A stretch of DNA of 64,000 bases from Acholeplasmatales bacterium (lineage in GTDB: Bacteria > Bacillota_I > Bacilli_A > Izemoplasmatales > Hujiaoplasmataceae). The translations under genes were made by a program, and so were the position numbers. The notes under the pieces were generated by a model. That model was not told the origin of the DNA, made no database searches, and saw nothing but the letters and a program-made list of their open reading frames with translations. Of this stretch, positions 1-9,985 are shown one piece after another (within the stretch, counting starts at the first letter, position 1; each line of letters begins with the position of its first letter). The stretch spans positions 19,160 through 83,159 of the forward strand of contig DMTN01000039.1 in NCBI GenBank assembly GCA_003477305.1. Reading direction: 5' to 3'.

Positions 1-135
1 CCCCTTCAGGACCGTTTCGACGGCTGCGGTGAGCGGTGAAGAAAGCGCGGCCGACTCCGTCCCGACCCGAAGCGACATCGCGAAGATTCCCAGGGTGAAG
101 AGCGCGCTCACCCCGAGCAGAAGGTACTTTTTCAC
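1..135 (-). CDS. 5' end of an unnamed membrane or secreted protein (rest lies outside the window)
   Basis: GTG at 135 overlaps the uvrB stop (GTGA). In-frame translation (M)[34 protein letters not shown]... stays open to the window edge and begins with a K-rich region plus a hydrophobic helix. Too short for the ORF track. Confidence 0.3.
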   Translation of the reverse strand, partial: MKKYLLLGVSALFTLGIFAMSLRVGTESAALSSPLTAAVETVLKG

Positions 136-2093
136 AAATGACCCTTCATTTCGAGGATCACGTCGCGGAGTTCGGCGGCGCGTTCGAAGTCGAGATCCTT
201 GGCGGCCGCGCGCATCTGCATTTCCAGGATCTCGATCGATTTCTGGATTTCCTTCTTCGAGATCCGCTTGTAGTCGACCTCGCCGGTCTTCTTGTCGATC
301 TTGATCGAGAGCGATTCGCCGATCGCCTTGAGGATCGTCTTCGGGACGATGCCGTGTTCTTCGTTGTGCCTGATCTGGATGGTCCGGCGGCGGAGCGTCT
401 CATCGAGCGCAAAGCGCATCGACGGCGTGATCTGGTCGGCGTACATGATGACCTTGCCGTGTTCGTTGCGGGCGGCGCGGCCGATGATCTGGACGAGCGA
501 GCGGCCGCTGCGGAGGAAGCCTTCCTTGTCGGCGTCGAGAATCGCGATCAGCGATACTTCCGGGAGGTCGATGCCTTCGCGCAGGAGGTTGATCCCGACG
601 ATGATGTCGTGGATCCCGAGGCGGAGCTTGCGGATGATCTCCATCCGTTCGAGCGTCTTGATTTCGGAATGGAGATAGGCGACCTTGTACCCCATCCCCT
701 GCAGATACGCGGTCAAATCTTCGCTCATCTTGATCGTGAGCGTCGTGATCAGGACCCGTTCCTTGCGGGCGAGGGTCGTCTCGATCTCGCCGATGAGGTC
801 ATCGATCTGGCCTTCGGACTTGCGGACGTAGACGTTCGGGTCGAGCAGGCCGGTCGGACGGATGATTTGTTCGACGATCGCGCCGGCGCGTTCGAGTTCG
901 TAGTCGCCGGGCGTCGCCGAAACGTAGACGACCTGGTTGATCTTGGCGTTGAATTCTTCATAGTTGAGGGGCCGGTTGTCGAGCGCCGAGGGTAACCGGA
1001 ACCCATATTCGACGAGCGTCGTCTTGCGCGAGCGGTCGCCGTTGAACATCCCGCGCACCTGCGGGAGCGTGACGTGTGATTCGTCGACGATGAGCAGGAA
1101 GTCCTTCGCGAAGAAGTCGATCAACACCGACGGGGTCTCGCCCGGACCGCGCAGGGAAAGATGGCGGGAATAGTTTTCGACGCCGTTGCACGTCCCCATC
1201 TCCGACAGCATCTCGAGATCATACATCGTTCTCTGCCAGATCCGCTCGGCCTCGAGCGGGCGGTTGGTTTCTTTGAAAATTTGAACCTGTTCGAGCAGTT
1301 CCGCCTTGATCCGTCCCATCGCCGTTTCGAGTTTTCCGCGGTCGGTGAGGAAGTGCGAAGCCGGAAACAGCGAAATCACCTGACGCTCCTCGAAGGCTTC
1401 GCCGGTGACGACGTTGAAGATGCGGATCCGCGACACCTTGTCGTAGTCGAACGAGATCCGGATCCCGGAGGTCTTTTCATAGGTGGGGAGGATTTCCAAC
1501 ACGTCGCCCTTGACGCGGAAACAGCCGCGGTTGAAGTCGATGTCGTTGCGTTCGTAGAGGATCGCCACGAGCTGGCGGATCAGCACGTCGCGGCCGAACT
1601 CTTCGCCGACGCGGACCGTGACGATGCCCTTCCGGTATTCCTCCGGGTCGCCGATGCCGTAGATGCAGGACACCGAGGCGACGATGATCGTGTCGCGGCG
1701 CTCCAACAGCGAGCTGGTCGCCGCATGGCGCATCTGGTCGATCTCGTCGTTGATCATCGAATCCTTCTCGATGTAGAGGTCGCGGCCGGGGATATAGGCT
1801 TCCGGCTGATAGTAATCGTAATAGGAAATGAAGTATTCGACCCGGTTTTCCGGGAAGAAGTTCTTGAATTCGGTATAGAGCTGGCCCGCGAGCGTCTTGT
1901 TGTGGGCGAGCACGAGCACCGGCCGGTCGAGTTGTTCGATCAGGTTGGAGACGGTGTAGGTCTTGCCGGTGCCGGTGGCGCCGAGCAATACCTGTTCCTT
2001 CATGCCGGATTTGATGTTGTTCACCAACTGCTCGATCGCCTTCGGCTGATCGCCGGTCGGCTGATAGTCGGATACGAGTTTGAAGATTCCCAT
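132..2093 (-). CDS. uvrB: excinuclease ABC subunit B
   Basis: 653 aa. N-terminus [23 protein letters not shown], Walker [10 protein letters not shown]-terminal UVR motif [26 protein letters not shown] upstream. Confidence 0.95.
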   Translation of the reverse strand: MGIFKLVSDYQPTGDQPKAIEQLVNNIKSGMKEQVLLGATGTGKTYTVSNLIEQLDRPVLVLAHNKTLAGQLYTEFKNFFPENRVEYFISYYDYYQPEAYIPGRDLYIEKDSMINDEIDQMRHAATSSLLERRDTIIVASVSCIYGIGDPEEYRKGIVTVRVGEEFGRDVLIRQLVAILYERNDIDFNRGCFRVKGDVLEILPTYEKTSGIRISFDYDKVSRIRIFNVVTGEAFEERQVISLFPASHFLTDRGKLETAMGRIKAELLEQVQIFKETNRPLEAERIWQRTMYDLEMLSEMGTCNGVENYSRHLSLRGPGETPSVLIDFFAKDFLLIVDESHVTLPQVRGMFNGDRSRKTTLVEYGFRLPSALDNRPLNYEEFNAKINQVVYVSATPGDYELERAGAIVEQIIRPTGLLDPNVYVRKSEGQIDDLIGEIETTLARKERVLITTLTIKMSEDLTAYLQGMGYKVAYLHSEIKTLERMEIIRKLRLGIHDIIVGINLLREGIDLPEVSLIAILDADKEGFLRSGRSLVQIIGRAARNEHGKVIMYADQITPSMRFALDETLRRRTIQIRHNEEHGIVPKTILKAIGESLSIKIDKKTGEVDYKRISKKEIQKSIEILEMQMRAAAKDLDFERAAELRDVILEMKGHL

Positions 2094-2193
2094 CGTCCCA
2101 CCTCCATGCTTACAAGTATATCATATCGGACCGATGTGCGACATCGGGTTTTGACTTTGGGCGTGCTTCTGCTAAAATGGAACTGGTGATCAT

Positions 2194-3840
2194 ATGAACA
2201 TCGTCCTGTGCGCCATCGACGCCAAATTCATCCATACGAACGTTGCCCTCCGGCTTCTGAAGGCGAACTGCCCGCTTCCTTGCGAACTGTTCGAATTCAC
2301 GATCAAAAGCGATGAGGACACGATCGTCTCAACCATCCTTGCGGCGGCGCCCGACCTCGTCGCGTTTTCCGTCTATATCTGGAACGTCGAAATCGTCAGG
2401 CGGGTCGCAGACGCGATCCGCAAACGTTCCTCTGCGAAAATCGTTGCCGGCGGCCCTGAAGTAGCCCATGACGCAGGGCGTTTTCTCGCCGATTGTCCGT
2501 TCGACTTTGTCGTCCGAGGCGAGGGCGAACGAGCTTTTGCGCGCCTCGTGACAGCCCTCGCGGACGGATCTTCGTTCCGTGACATCCCGAATTTGGCGTA
2601 TTGGGACGGTTCGACGGAACGGATCAATCCGATCGAACCGATCGCCGACCTTGCCGGGATTGCCAGCCCGTATCGGTTTACGGCGGATGAAAAAGACATC
2701 CCGCGCAAGATCCAGTACCTCGAACTATCCCGCGGCTGTCCCTTTTCCTGCGCGTACTGTCTCGCTCCGCTCGATGGGGCGGTGCGGTTTTTCCCGCTTC
2801 CGCGAATCAAGGATGAGATTCTGGCTTTGCAGGAACGCGGCGCGCGGACCTTCAAGTTCCTCGACCGCACCTTCAACGTCCGGCCCGAGGTCGCGACCGA
2901 CCTCTTCGACTTCATCATCCGAAACCGGCGTGACGGCGTCGTCTTCCAGTTCGAGATCACCGGCGACATCCTGCCCGATGCGATCATCCGGCACTTAAAC
3001 GATGTCGCGCCGCCCGGGCTGTTCCGCTTCGAGATCGGGATCCAGTCGACGAACGATGCGACCAACCGGGCGGTCGCGCGCACGCAAGACAACGCGCGCC
3101 TCTTTAAGAACATCCGTGCGCTCGTCGCGGGCGGACGCGTCACGATCCATCTCGATCTGATCGCCGGTCTGCCGGAAGAGGGTCTGGATTCCTTCATCCG
3201 CACGTTCGACGATTCGTTTGCGCTCTTCGCCCCCGAACTGCAGCTCGGGTTTTTGAAGATGCTCCGAGGAACGCCGCTGCGGCGTGACGCCGCTCGACTG
3301 GGGTATGAATATGATCCGAATCCGCCCTACCAGGTGACAAAAAGCGCCGTGCTGTCGGCCGTCGACCTCGATCGCATCGCTTGCGTCGAAGCCGTCCTCG
3401 AACACTTCTGGAACCGCGGCTTCATGCCGGAAGCGATGAAGATGATGCACGCATGCGTTCCTTCGATGTTCTTTTGGATGGAATCGCTGTATGCGTTTCT
3501 TCTTGATCGCGGCTTCTCGTTTCTCCGCCACCAGATCTTCGAGATGTTTGCGCTCATCGACGCGTTCGCGCAGAAGACGATTCCCGCCGGATACGCGAAC
3601 GTGCATGACGCGCTCGTCCGCGACTATCTCGAACGGGCCGAGGCGCGTCCGAAACCGTGGTGGACGGTCCGTGAGGAACGCCGCGAGCAAAAAAGCGCGC
3701 TCTTGCAACGGGCGCATGCAATCGATCCGTCGATCCCGCTCGACGATTATTTCAAATACGGCGTCGTCGCTCCATACGCCGGCGGTTACCTCGCCGCGGT
3801 CTATCGTCCGTCCGGAAAATCCATGATCCGATTCGATTGA
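2194..3840 (+). CDS. B12-binding-domain radical SAM protein (DUF4080-type)
   Basis: 548 aa. N-terminal B12-binding-like domain, then the radical SAM cluster motif SRGCPFSCAYC (CxxxCxxC). Confidence 0.8.
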   Translation: MNIVLCAIDAKFIHTNVALRLLKANCPLPCELFEFTIKSDEDTIVSTILAAAPDLVAFSVYIWNVEIVRRVADAIRKRSSAKIVAGGPEVAHDAGRFLADCPFDFVVRGEGERAFARLVTALADGSSFRDIPNLAYWDGSTERINPIEPIADLAGIASPYRFTADEKDIPRKIQYLELSRGCPFSCAYCLAPLDGAVRFFPLPRIKDEILALQERGARTFKFLDRTFNVRPEVATDLFDFIIRNRRDGVVFQFEITGDILPDAIIRHLNDVAPPGLFRFEIGIQSTNDATNRAVARTQDNARLFKNIRALVAGGRVTIHLDLIAGLPEEGLDSFIRTFDDSFALFAPELQLGFLKMLRGTPLRRDAARLGYEYDPNPPYQVTKSAVLSAVDLDRIACVEAVLEHFWNRGFMPEAMKMMHACVPSMFFWMESLYAFLLDRGFSFLRHQIFEMFALIDAFAQKTIPAGYANVHDALVRDYLERAEARPKPWWTVREERREQKSALLQRAHAIDPSIPLDDYFKYGVVAPYAGGYLAAVYRPSGKSMIRFD

Positions 3841-3877
3841 AAAACCGCCACCCGGCGAACCGGATGGCGGTTTTTTA
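3840..3877. terminator. bidirectional rho-independent terminator between convergent genes
   Basis: Hairpin ACCGCCA-CCGG-cgaa-CCGG-a-TGGCGGT flanked by an A-run (3841-3844) and a T-run (3871-3876). Confidence 0.7.
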
Positions 3878-4867
3878 TCTTGTTCCCTGATCGTAAATCT
3901 TGCCGGCGGCTTTCGGCGCGCGCGACGATTTCGACGTGGCCACGAGCACGATGAGCGTGGCGACATAGGGAATCATGCGATACAGGTTCGTGTTGATGTC
4001 GAGGGCGGAAAGGAAGGGAATCGACGAATACGAGATCGCGATCGTCTTCATGAGACCGAAGAAGAAGGCGGCGAACAGGACGCGGAACGGCCGCCAGTTG
4101 CCGAAGATGAGCACGGCGATGGCGAGGAAGCCGAATCCGGAAACCGTTCCTTCGAAGGACTTTCCGACGGATGCGGCGAAGATGAAGCCGCCCATCCCGG
4201 CGAGGAAACCGGAGGTGAGGACGGCGCCGTAGCGGATCTTGAAGATGTTGACGCCGAGCGAGTCGGCGGCGTGCGGGTTTTCGCCGCAGGCCATCAGGCG
4301 CAGGCCGGTCTTCGTCTTATAGAGGAAAACGTAGGCGAGAAGCAGGATGATGATCCCCATGTAGAAACCGACATTGACGTTCTTGAAGAACAGGTCGCCG
4401 ATCACCGGGATGTCGGCGAACGAACCGACTTCCGTCATCTTGAACGTGGTTTTGTATTCGATGTGGCGGCCGCCGATGACCGAACGGGCGACGAAGATCG
4501 CGATCGCCGGGGCGACCAGGTTCAGGGCCGTGGCGGAAATCGTTTGGTCGGCCTTCATCGTGATCGAAGCATAGGCGTGCAGCCAAGAAAAGAGCAATCC
4601 GGCGATGCCGCCGATGAAGGCGCCCTCGATGAAGAGGATGCTCTTATCGAGGTTGGACTGCGCCGCGGCGAGGACGAGCGTCTGCGGTTCGGCGATCTTG
4701 ACGAACCAGCAGCCGACGAACGCGCCGAAGATCATGATGCCTTCGAGGGCGATGTTGGTGACGCCGCTCTTTTCGCAGATCATCGCGCCGACGGCGACGA
4801 TCAAAAGCGGAATCATCGTTTCAAGCGTGGAGGTGAACAGTTCGTAGACGAGCGCATTCGTGATCAT
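3875..4867 (-). CDS. ABC transporter permease (BMP/nucleoside-type system, second permease)
   Basis: 330-aa polytopic hydrophobic protein. 4-nt overlap with the upstream permease. Sits in an operon with a BMP lipoprotein and a double-NBD ATPase. Confidence 0.85.
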   Translation of the reverse strand: MITNALVYELFTSTLETMIPLLIVAVGAMICEKSGVTNIALEGIMIFGAFVGCWFVKIAEPQTLVLAAAQSNLDKSILFIEGAFIGGIAGLLFSWLHAYASITMKADQTISATALNLVAPAIAIFVARSVIGGRHIEYKTTFKMTEVGSFADIPVIGDLFFKNVNVGFYMGIIILLLAYVFLYKTKTGLRLMACGENPHAADSLGVNIFKIRYGAVLTSGFLAGMGGFIFAASVGKSFEGTVSGFGFLAIAVLIFGNWRPFRVLFAAFFFGLMKTIAISYSSIPFLSALDINTNLYRMIPYVATLIVLVATSKSSRAPKAAGKIYDQGTR

Positions 4868-6105
4868 CGTTCGTCACCTCCGCTCAGTACGGCCGCATCG
4901 GCCGTTTTTTTCTTCTTGCGGCGTTGCAGGAACTGATAGAGCGCGACGGAAAGCGCGCTGAAATAGATGATGACACTGGTGATGACGTCGGCGAGTTCCT
5001 TCATGTAGTTGGCCTGGTCGATATAGTCGCCGCCGATCCGGATGTAGGCGAGGAAGAGCCCGGCGAGCCCGACGCCGATCGGCTCGGAAAGACCGAGCAG
5101 GGCGATCGAAATGCCGTCGAACCCGATCGACATGAACTCCGAGGACATCGTCGCCTGGTCGGTGAACATCTTCTTGTCGGGAACCATGATGATGATCGCG
5201 CCGGCGAGACCGGCGAGCAGTCCCGAGATCGCCATCGAAAGCATGATGTCGCGCTTGGTGTTCATGCCGGCGTACTTCGAGGCGTCGCGGTTGAATCCCG
5301 CCGCCTTCAATTGATAGCCGAGCGTCGTCTTGTTCAACACGATGTACATGATGACGACCGCCGCAATCGCGATCAGGATGCCGATGTTGACGGTGTAGCC
5401 GTTGAACACGTCCGCCAGACCGCGGGGCAACCAGGCCGTCTGCGCGAGCGTGTCGGTATAGGGCGCAAGCGAAATCTGTCCGGTCACCGAGTCGACGAAG
5501 CGATGCCGCAGATTGAATGCGTCAAGCGACCAGAACGCGAAATACATCGCGATATAGTTCATCATGATCGAGGCGACGACTTCGTGGACGTTGAAGACGG
5601 ATTTGAGGAATCCGATGATGAACCCCCACAAGGACCCGGCCGCCATGCCGCCGATCAAACAGAGCATCCAGTGCCACGGCGCGGGGATCGAAAGCTTGAC
5701 GCCGATGATGATCGCCGCGAGCGCCCCGAACACGAGCTGTCCCGGCGCCCCGATGTTGAAAAGACCGGTCTTGAAGGCGAAGCCGACCGCGAGGCCGGTC
5801 AAAATCAGCGGCGCGGCGCGGTAGAGCATGTAGCCGAGGCTGTTCATGCCCTTGTTGAATCCGCCGGCAAGCAACTTGGCGATGCCGCGGAACAATTGCG
5901 GGTCATTGATGACGTTGAAGACCTTGACCTTGACGAGCAGCCAGATCACGAACATCGTGAAGATGCCGAAGATCAGGCCGGCGCCGATCGCGACGAGCGA
6001 AGGCATCGCCTTCTTGAAGGTCGCGCCGACGAAAAACGCCCGGATCGCAGTCGGAATATGCTTGAAGAAGGCGCCGATGCGCTTCAGGATGTCATGCGGC
6101 TTCAT
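4864..6105 (-). CDS. ABC transporter permease (BMP/nucleoside-type system, first permease)
   Basis: 413-aa polytopic membrane protein. Its start overlaps the ATPase stop by 14 nt. Confidence 0.85.
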   Translation of the reverse strand: MKPHDILKRIGAFFKHIPTAIRAFFVGATFKKAMPSLVAIGAGLIFGIFTMFVIWLLVKVKVFNVINDPQLFRGIAKLLAGGFNKGMNSLGYMLYRAAPLILTGLAVGFAFKTGLFNIGAPGQLVFGALAAIIIGVKLSIPAPWHWMLCLIGGMAAGSLWGFIIGFLKSVFNVHEVVASIMMNYIAMYFAFWSLDAFNLRHRFVDSVTGQISLAPYTDTLAQTAWLPRGLADVFNGYTVNIGILIAIAAVVIMYIVLNKTTLGYQLKAAGFNRDASKYAGMNTKRDIMLSMAISGLLAGLAGAIIIMVPDKKMFTDQATMSSEFMSIGFDGISIALLGLSEPIGVGLAGLFLAYIRIGGDYIDQANYMKELADVITSVIIYFSALSVALYQFLQRRKKKKTADAAVLSGGDER

Positions 6106-7630
6106 CGGTCTTCACCTCGGATTTCGAGCCGGACATATAAAGTCCGATTTCGTGGAACGTCGTCTTCTGTGGATCGAGTTCGGCGACGATGCGCCCTTCG
6201 AACATCACGAGGATGCGGTCCGAAAGGTCGATGATTTCGTCGAGTTCGAGGCTGATGAGCAAAATCGCTTTGCCCGCATCGCGTTCCTTCAAAAGTTGTT
6301 CGTGGATGTATTCGATCGCGCCGACGTCGAGGCCGCGGGTCGGCTGGACGGCGACGAGCAGTTCGGGATCGCGGGAGATCTCGCGCGAGATGATCGCCTT
6401 CTGCTGATTTCCCCCGGACATCGAGCGGACCACGGTGGCGACCCCGGCGGCGGAACGGATGTCGAATCGTTCGATCAGGTTTTCCGCGTTGGCGTCGACG
6501 GCGTCGAACTTGATGAATCCGCGCTTCTGGTACGCGGGAAGATAGTAGTTCTCCAAAACCAGATTTTCGGCGAGATTGAAATCGAGGACGAGGCCGTGCT
6601 TGTGGCGGTCTTCGGGAATATGGCCCATGCCGGTTTCCAATTTCGTCCGAATCGAGGCGTCGGTGATGTCGACGCCTTTCAGGGTGAAGCGGCCGGCGGT
6701 CTGACGCTTCAGGCCGGTGATGATGTCGACGAGTTCGGTCTGACCGTTGCCTTCGATACCGGCGATGCCGATGATTTCGCCGCCCTTGGCGCTGATCGAC
6801 ACGTCGTCGACCGTCATCCGGTTCTTCTCCTTGCTGAAATAGGAAACATGTTCGGCACGGAAAATCTCATCCTTTACGTTGGCGGGATGCTTGTGGACGG
6901 TGAAGATGATCTTGCGTCCGACCATCATTTCCGCGAGGTCGGCCGCGGTCGTGTCCTTGACGTCGACGGTGCCGATGCACTTGCCCTTGCGGAGCACCGT
7001 GCAGCGGTCGGCGACCGCCATGACTTCATTCAGTTTGTGGGTGATGATGACGATCGATTTGCCTTCTTTGGCAAAGTTGCGGATCGTGATCATCAGTTCA
7101 TCGATCTCCTGCGGCGTGAGGACCGCCGTCGGTTCGTCGAAAATCAGGATGTCGGCGTCGCGGTAGAGCATCTTGAGGATCTCCACGCGTTGCTGCATCC
7201 CGACCGATATATCCTTGATCAGCGCATCGGGGTCGACGGTCAGTTTGTACCGTTCGCTCAATGCGACGATTTTTTTTCGCGCTTCTTTTTTGGTCAGAAA
7301 CCCATACTTGGTGTCTTCGTTGCCGAGGATGATGTTTTCCGTGACGGTGAAAACATCCACGAGCTTGAAGTGCTGGTGGACCATCCCGATGCGAAGACGG
7401 TTGGCGTCATTCGGATTCTTGATCTCGACTTTTTCGCCTTTGTAGCGGATCTCGCCGCCATCGGCGGCGTAGAGCCCGAACAGGATTGACATCAATGTGC
7501 TTTTGCCGGCGCCGTTTTCGCCGACGAGGGCGTGGACTTCGCTCTGCTTCAGTTCGAACGTCACATGGTCGTTCGCCTTGAGCGTGCCGAAATTCTTGCA
7601 GATGTCGAGCATTTCGATGATGTAGGGCAT
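6092..7630 (-). CDS. ABC transporter ATP-binding protein with two fused NBDs (sugar/nucleoside importer type)
   Basis: 512 aa. Walker A GENGAGKST, second NBD IEGNGQTE, signature MSGGNQQKAI. RBS GAGGTGA upstream. Confidence 0.9.
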   Translation of the reverse strand: MPYIIEMLDICKNFGTLKANDHVTFELKQSEVHALVGENGAGKSTLMSILFGLYAADGGEIRYKGEKVEIKNPNDANRLRIGMVHQHFKLVDVFTVTENIILGNEDTKYGFLTKKEARKKIVALSERYKLTVDPDALIKDISVGMQQRVEILKMLYRDADILIFDEPTAVLTPQEIDELMITIRNFAKEGKSIVIITHKLNEVMAVADRCTVLRKGKCIGTVDVKDTTAADLAEMMVGRKIIFTVHKHPANVKDEIFRAEHVSYFSKEKNRMTVDDVSISAKGGEIIGIAGIEGNGQTELVDIITGLKRQTAGRFTLKGVDITDASIRTKLETGMGHIPEDRHKHGLVLDFNLAENLVLENYYLPAYQKRGFIKFDAVDANAENLIERFDIRSAAGVATVVRSMSGGNQQKAIISREISRDPELLVAVQPTRGLDVGAIEYIHEQLLKERDAGKAILLISLELDEIIDLSDRILVMFEGRIVAELDPQKTTFHEIGLYMSGSKSEVKTDEAA

Positions 7631-7667
7631 GCGATCACCTCAGAAGTCATTCCGGTCCTTCATTTGA

Positions 7668-7704
7668 AAAGAAGGAAGGACGAGTGAAAAATCCTTCCTT
7701 CTTT
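7668..7704 (-). promoter_or_regulatory. intercistronic 13-bp stem-loop between the binding-protein and ATPase genes
   Basis: AAAGAAGGAAGGA (7668-7680) pairs perfectly with TCCTTCCTTCTTT (7692-7704) around an 11-nt loop. No U-run follows on the minus strand. Confidence 0.4.
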
Positions 7705-7752
7705 CAAGACGAAGTGTATTCAGGTGCTTGATTGTCTGTCAGATGATGATGT

Positions 7753-8874
7753 TTATTCTGCCGGTGCGGGCGGTTCGGCGGCTTCGGTGATCGCGACGAT
7801 CTCTCCGGGGAGGAGGATGCCGAGGTCTTCGAGGAACGCGGCGAGGCTGGATGCATCGTTCGTCGGGACGACGACGGTGCCGGCGACGACGAGGTCGAAC
7901 AGGGTCTCATAGGCTGCTTCGACGGCAGCGGCTCTGTTCATGAAGCGGGAGAAATCGGCCGGGAGCGCGACGCCGCCTTCGGCGGAGCCGAGGGAGATCG
8001 TTCTGCCACCGACGAAGGTTCCGCCGTAGTAATCGGTGAGCGCCTGGAAGGCGGCTTCGCCGACGCCCTTGAGGGCGGAGGTGATGACGGTCAGCGATTG
8101 TTCGGACTGATCCATGTCGACGCCGATCGTATGTTTGCCGGCGACTTCTTCGGCGGCGAGCATCGCGGACGATCCGGCACCGCCGGCGGCGGCGAAGATG
8201 ATGTCGACGCCTGCGTTGAACCAGGCAACCGCGAGGTTCTTGGCATCATCGGACGGCGCGAAGCTGCCGAGATAATGATAATGATTGTAGCTGAACGTGA
8301 TATCTTCGTCGAGTTCTTCGGCTGCGTAGTAGGCGCCGGCGATAAAGCCGATGCCGAAGCGGACGACGGCCGGAACCGCCATGCCACCGAAGAAGCCGAG
8401 GTTGTCCATGCCGCCCACGACGGCTGCGTAGCCGGCATAGAATCCGGCTTCTTGCTCATCGAACAGGATGCAGAGGGTGTTCGCGGCGGTCGTATAGGTC
8501 GAATAGTCGGCCGTATGCGGTTCGCCGTCGATCAAAACGAACTTGACATCGGGATACAGCGTCTGGGCTTGATAGATCGAAGTTTCGAACAGGAAGCCGG
8601 GAGTGACGACGATTTTCGCGCCGCCATCGACGGCGGTGGAGATGGCAGCGAGATACGCTGCGTCGGAGATTTCCGACGGCTTGTAGTACTTGTAGGTCTT
8701 CTCGTTCGCTTCGGCGTAACGGATGATGCCTTCCCAGGTGCCCTGGTTGAAGGACTTGTCATCGATTCCGCCCGAGTCGGTGACCATGGCGATTTCATAG
8801 GTCGTTTCGCCGCAGGCCACAAGCGTTAAAACGGATACCAAAGCCAATGCAAGTGCGATTAGTGCCTTTCTCAT
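7753..8874 (-). CDS. BMP-family ABC substrate-binding lipoprotein (nucleoside-binding type)
   Basis: 373 aa. Lipoprotein signal MRKALIALALALVSVLTLVAC-GE. BMP/PnrA-like body, plus a ~60-aa C-terminal extension ending in EAAEPPAPAE. Confidence 0.9.
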   Translation of the reverse strand: MRKALIALALALVSVLTLVACGETTYEIAMVTDSGGIDDKSFNQGTWEGIIRYAEANEKTYKYYKPSEISDAAYLAAISTAVDGGAKIVVTPGFLFETSIYQAQTLYPDVKFVLIDGEPHTADYSTYTTAANTLCILFDEQEAGFYAGYAAVVGGMDNLGFFGGMAVPAVVRFGIGFIAGAYYAAEELDEDITFSYNHYHYLGSFAPSDDAKNLAVAWFNAGVDIIFAAAGGAGSSAMLAAEEVAGKHTIGVDMDQSEQSLTVITSALKGVGEAAFQALTDYYGGTFVGGRTISLGSAEGGVALPADFSRFMNRAAAVEAAYETLFDLVVAGTVVVPTNDASSLAAFLEDLGILLPGEIVAITEAAEPPAPAE

Positions 8875-8924
8875 TTGTTTCCCTCCGTTTTCTATTGAAT
8901 ATCTTTTGAAAATATTCTAGCATC

Positions 8925-8953
8925 ATTATACCGCCATCGGCGGGCGATGTAAA
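8925..8953 (-). promoter_or_regulatory. sigmaA-type promoter of the BMP ABC operon
   Basis: Minus strand reads TTTACA (8953-8948), a 17-nt spacer, then TATAAT (8930-8925). RBS GGAGGGAAA lies before the ATG at 8874. Confidence 0.55.
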
Positions 8954-9019
8954 CCATTTTTCGGTGAATAAAACCGATCCCTCGAGCGAAAAACCGAATG
9001 ATAATGAATCTTCTATAAA

Positions 9020-9970
9020 TCAGCTTATCTTTTCAAGATATTCGTACAGATCGGTCCGTTTGCGCTTGACGGCGAGCGCTTCCCGAAGCGGCATGCTGAA
9101 GATTTCGATGCCCCGGGCGCAGACGGCGTGGCCGAACGCCCCGTCCCTGACGAGTTCGACCGCGTAGGTCCCCATCTTCGAAGCGAGGATGCGGTCATAG
9201 GCCGCCGGCGTGCCGCCGCGCTGGACGTATCCGAGGACGGTCGCGCGGGTTTCATAGCCGGTGTAATCCTCGATTTCCTGCGCGAGCGCGAAGACGTCGA
9301 GCATGTGTTCCGCGACAACGACGATCATGTGCCGTTTCTTCATCTGCTTGGCTTTCCTGATCTTGTCGAGAACGTCTTCCCGGTGGAACCCGGTCTCTTC
9401 GGTGATGACGATTTCCGACCCGGAGGCGACGCCGGCGAAAATCGACAAATCGCCGCAATGGCGTCCCATCAGTTCGACGACGGTGCAGCGCTGGTGCGAA
9501 AAGGAGGTGTCGCGCAGCTTGTCGATGCAGTCGATCGCGGTGTTGAGCGCGGTGAAAAAGCCGATCGTGTACTCCGTCGAGGCGATGTCGTTGTCGATCG
9601 TTCCGGGGATTCCCATGCAGTTGACGCCCATGTCGCAGAGATCCGCCGCGCCGCGGTAGGTGCCGTCGCCGCCGATCGTGACGAGCGCGTCGATCGAGAG
9701 CGCCTTGAGGTGGTCGACCGCCTTCTGCCGCACTTCGAGCTGTTTGAATTCTTCGAGACGCGCCGATCCGAGGATCGTTCCGCCGCGGTTCAGGATCATC
9801 CCGACGTCGTTTCTTTCGAACTTCCGGATATCCCCGTCGACGAGACCCTTGTATCCGTTCATGACGGCGTACGCTTCGATGCCGTAATGGATCGCCGTCC
9901 GCACCACGGCGCGGACCGCGGCGTTCATGCCGGGAGCGTCTCCTCCCGAGGTCAATACCGCTATCTTCAT
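9020..9970 (-). CDS. pfkA: ATP-dependent 6-phosphofructokinase
   Basis: 316 aa. MKIAVLTSGGDAPGMNAAVRAVVR and a GGDGT-type motif (TIGGDGTYRGA). Confidence 0.95.
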   Translation of the reverse strand: MKIAVLTSGGDAPGMNAAVRAVVRTAIHYGIEAYAVMNGYKGLVDGDIRKFERNDVGMILNRGGTILGSARLEEFKQLEVRQKAVDHLKALSIDALVTIGGDGTYRGAADLCDMGVNCMGIPGTIDNDIASTEYTIGFFTALNTAIDCIDKLRDTSFSHQRCTVVELMGRHCGDLSIFAGVASGSEIVITEETGFHREDVLDKIRKAKQMKKRHMIVVVAEHMLDVFALAQEIEDYTGYETRATVLGYVQRGGTPAAYDRILASKMGTYAVELVRDGAFGHAVCARGIEIFSMPLREALAVKRKRTDLYEYLEKIS

Positions 9971-9985
9971 CGCAGTCGCTTCCTT

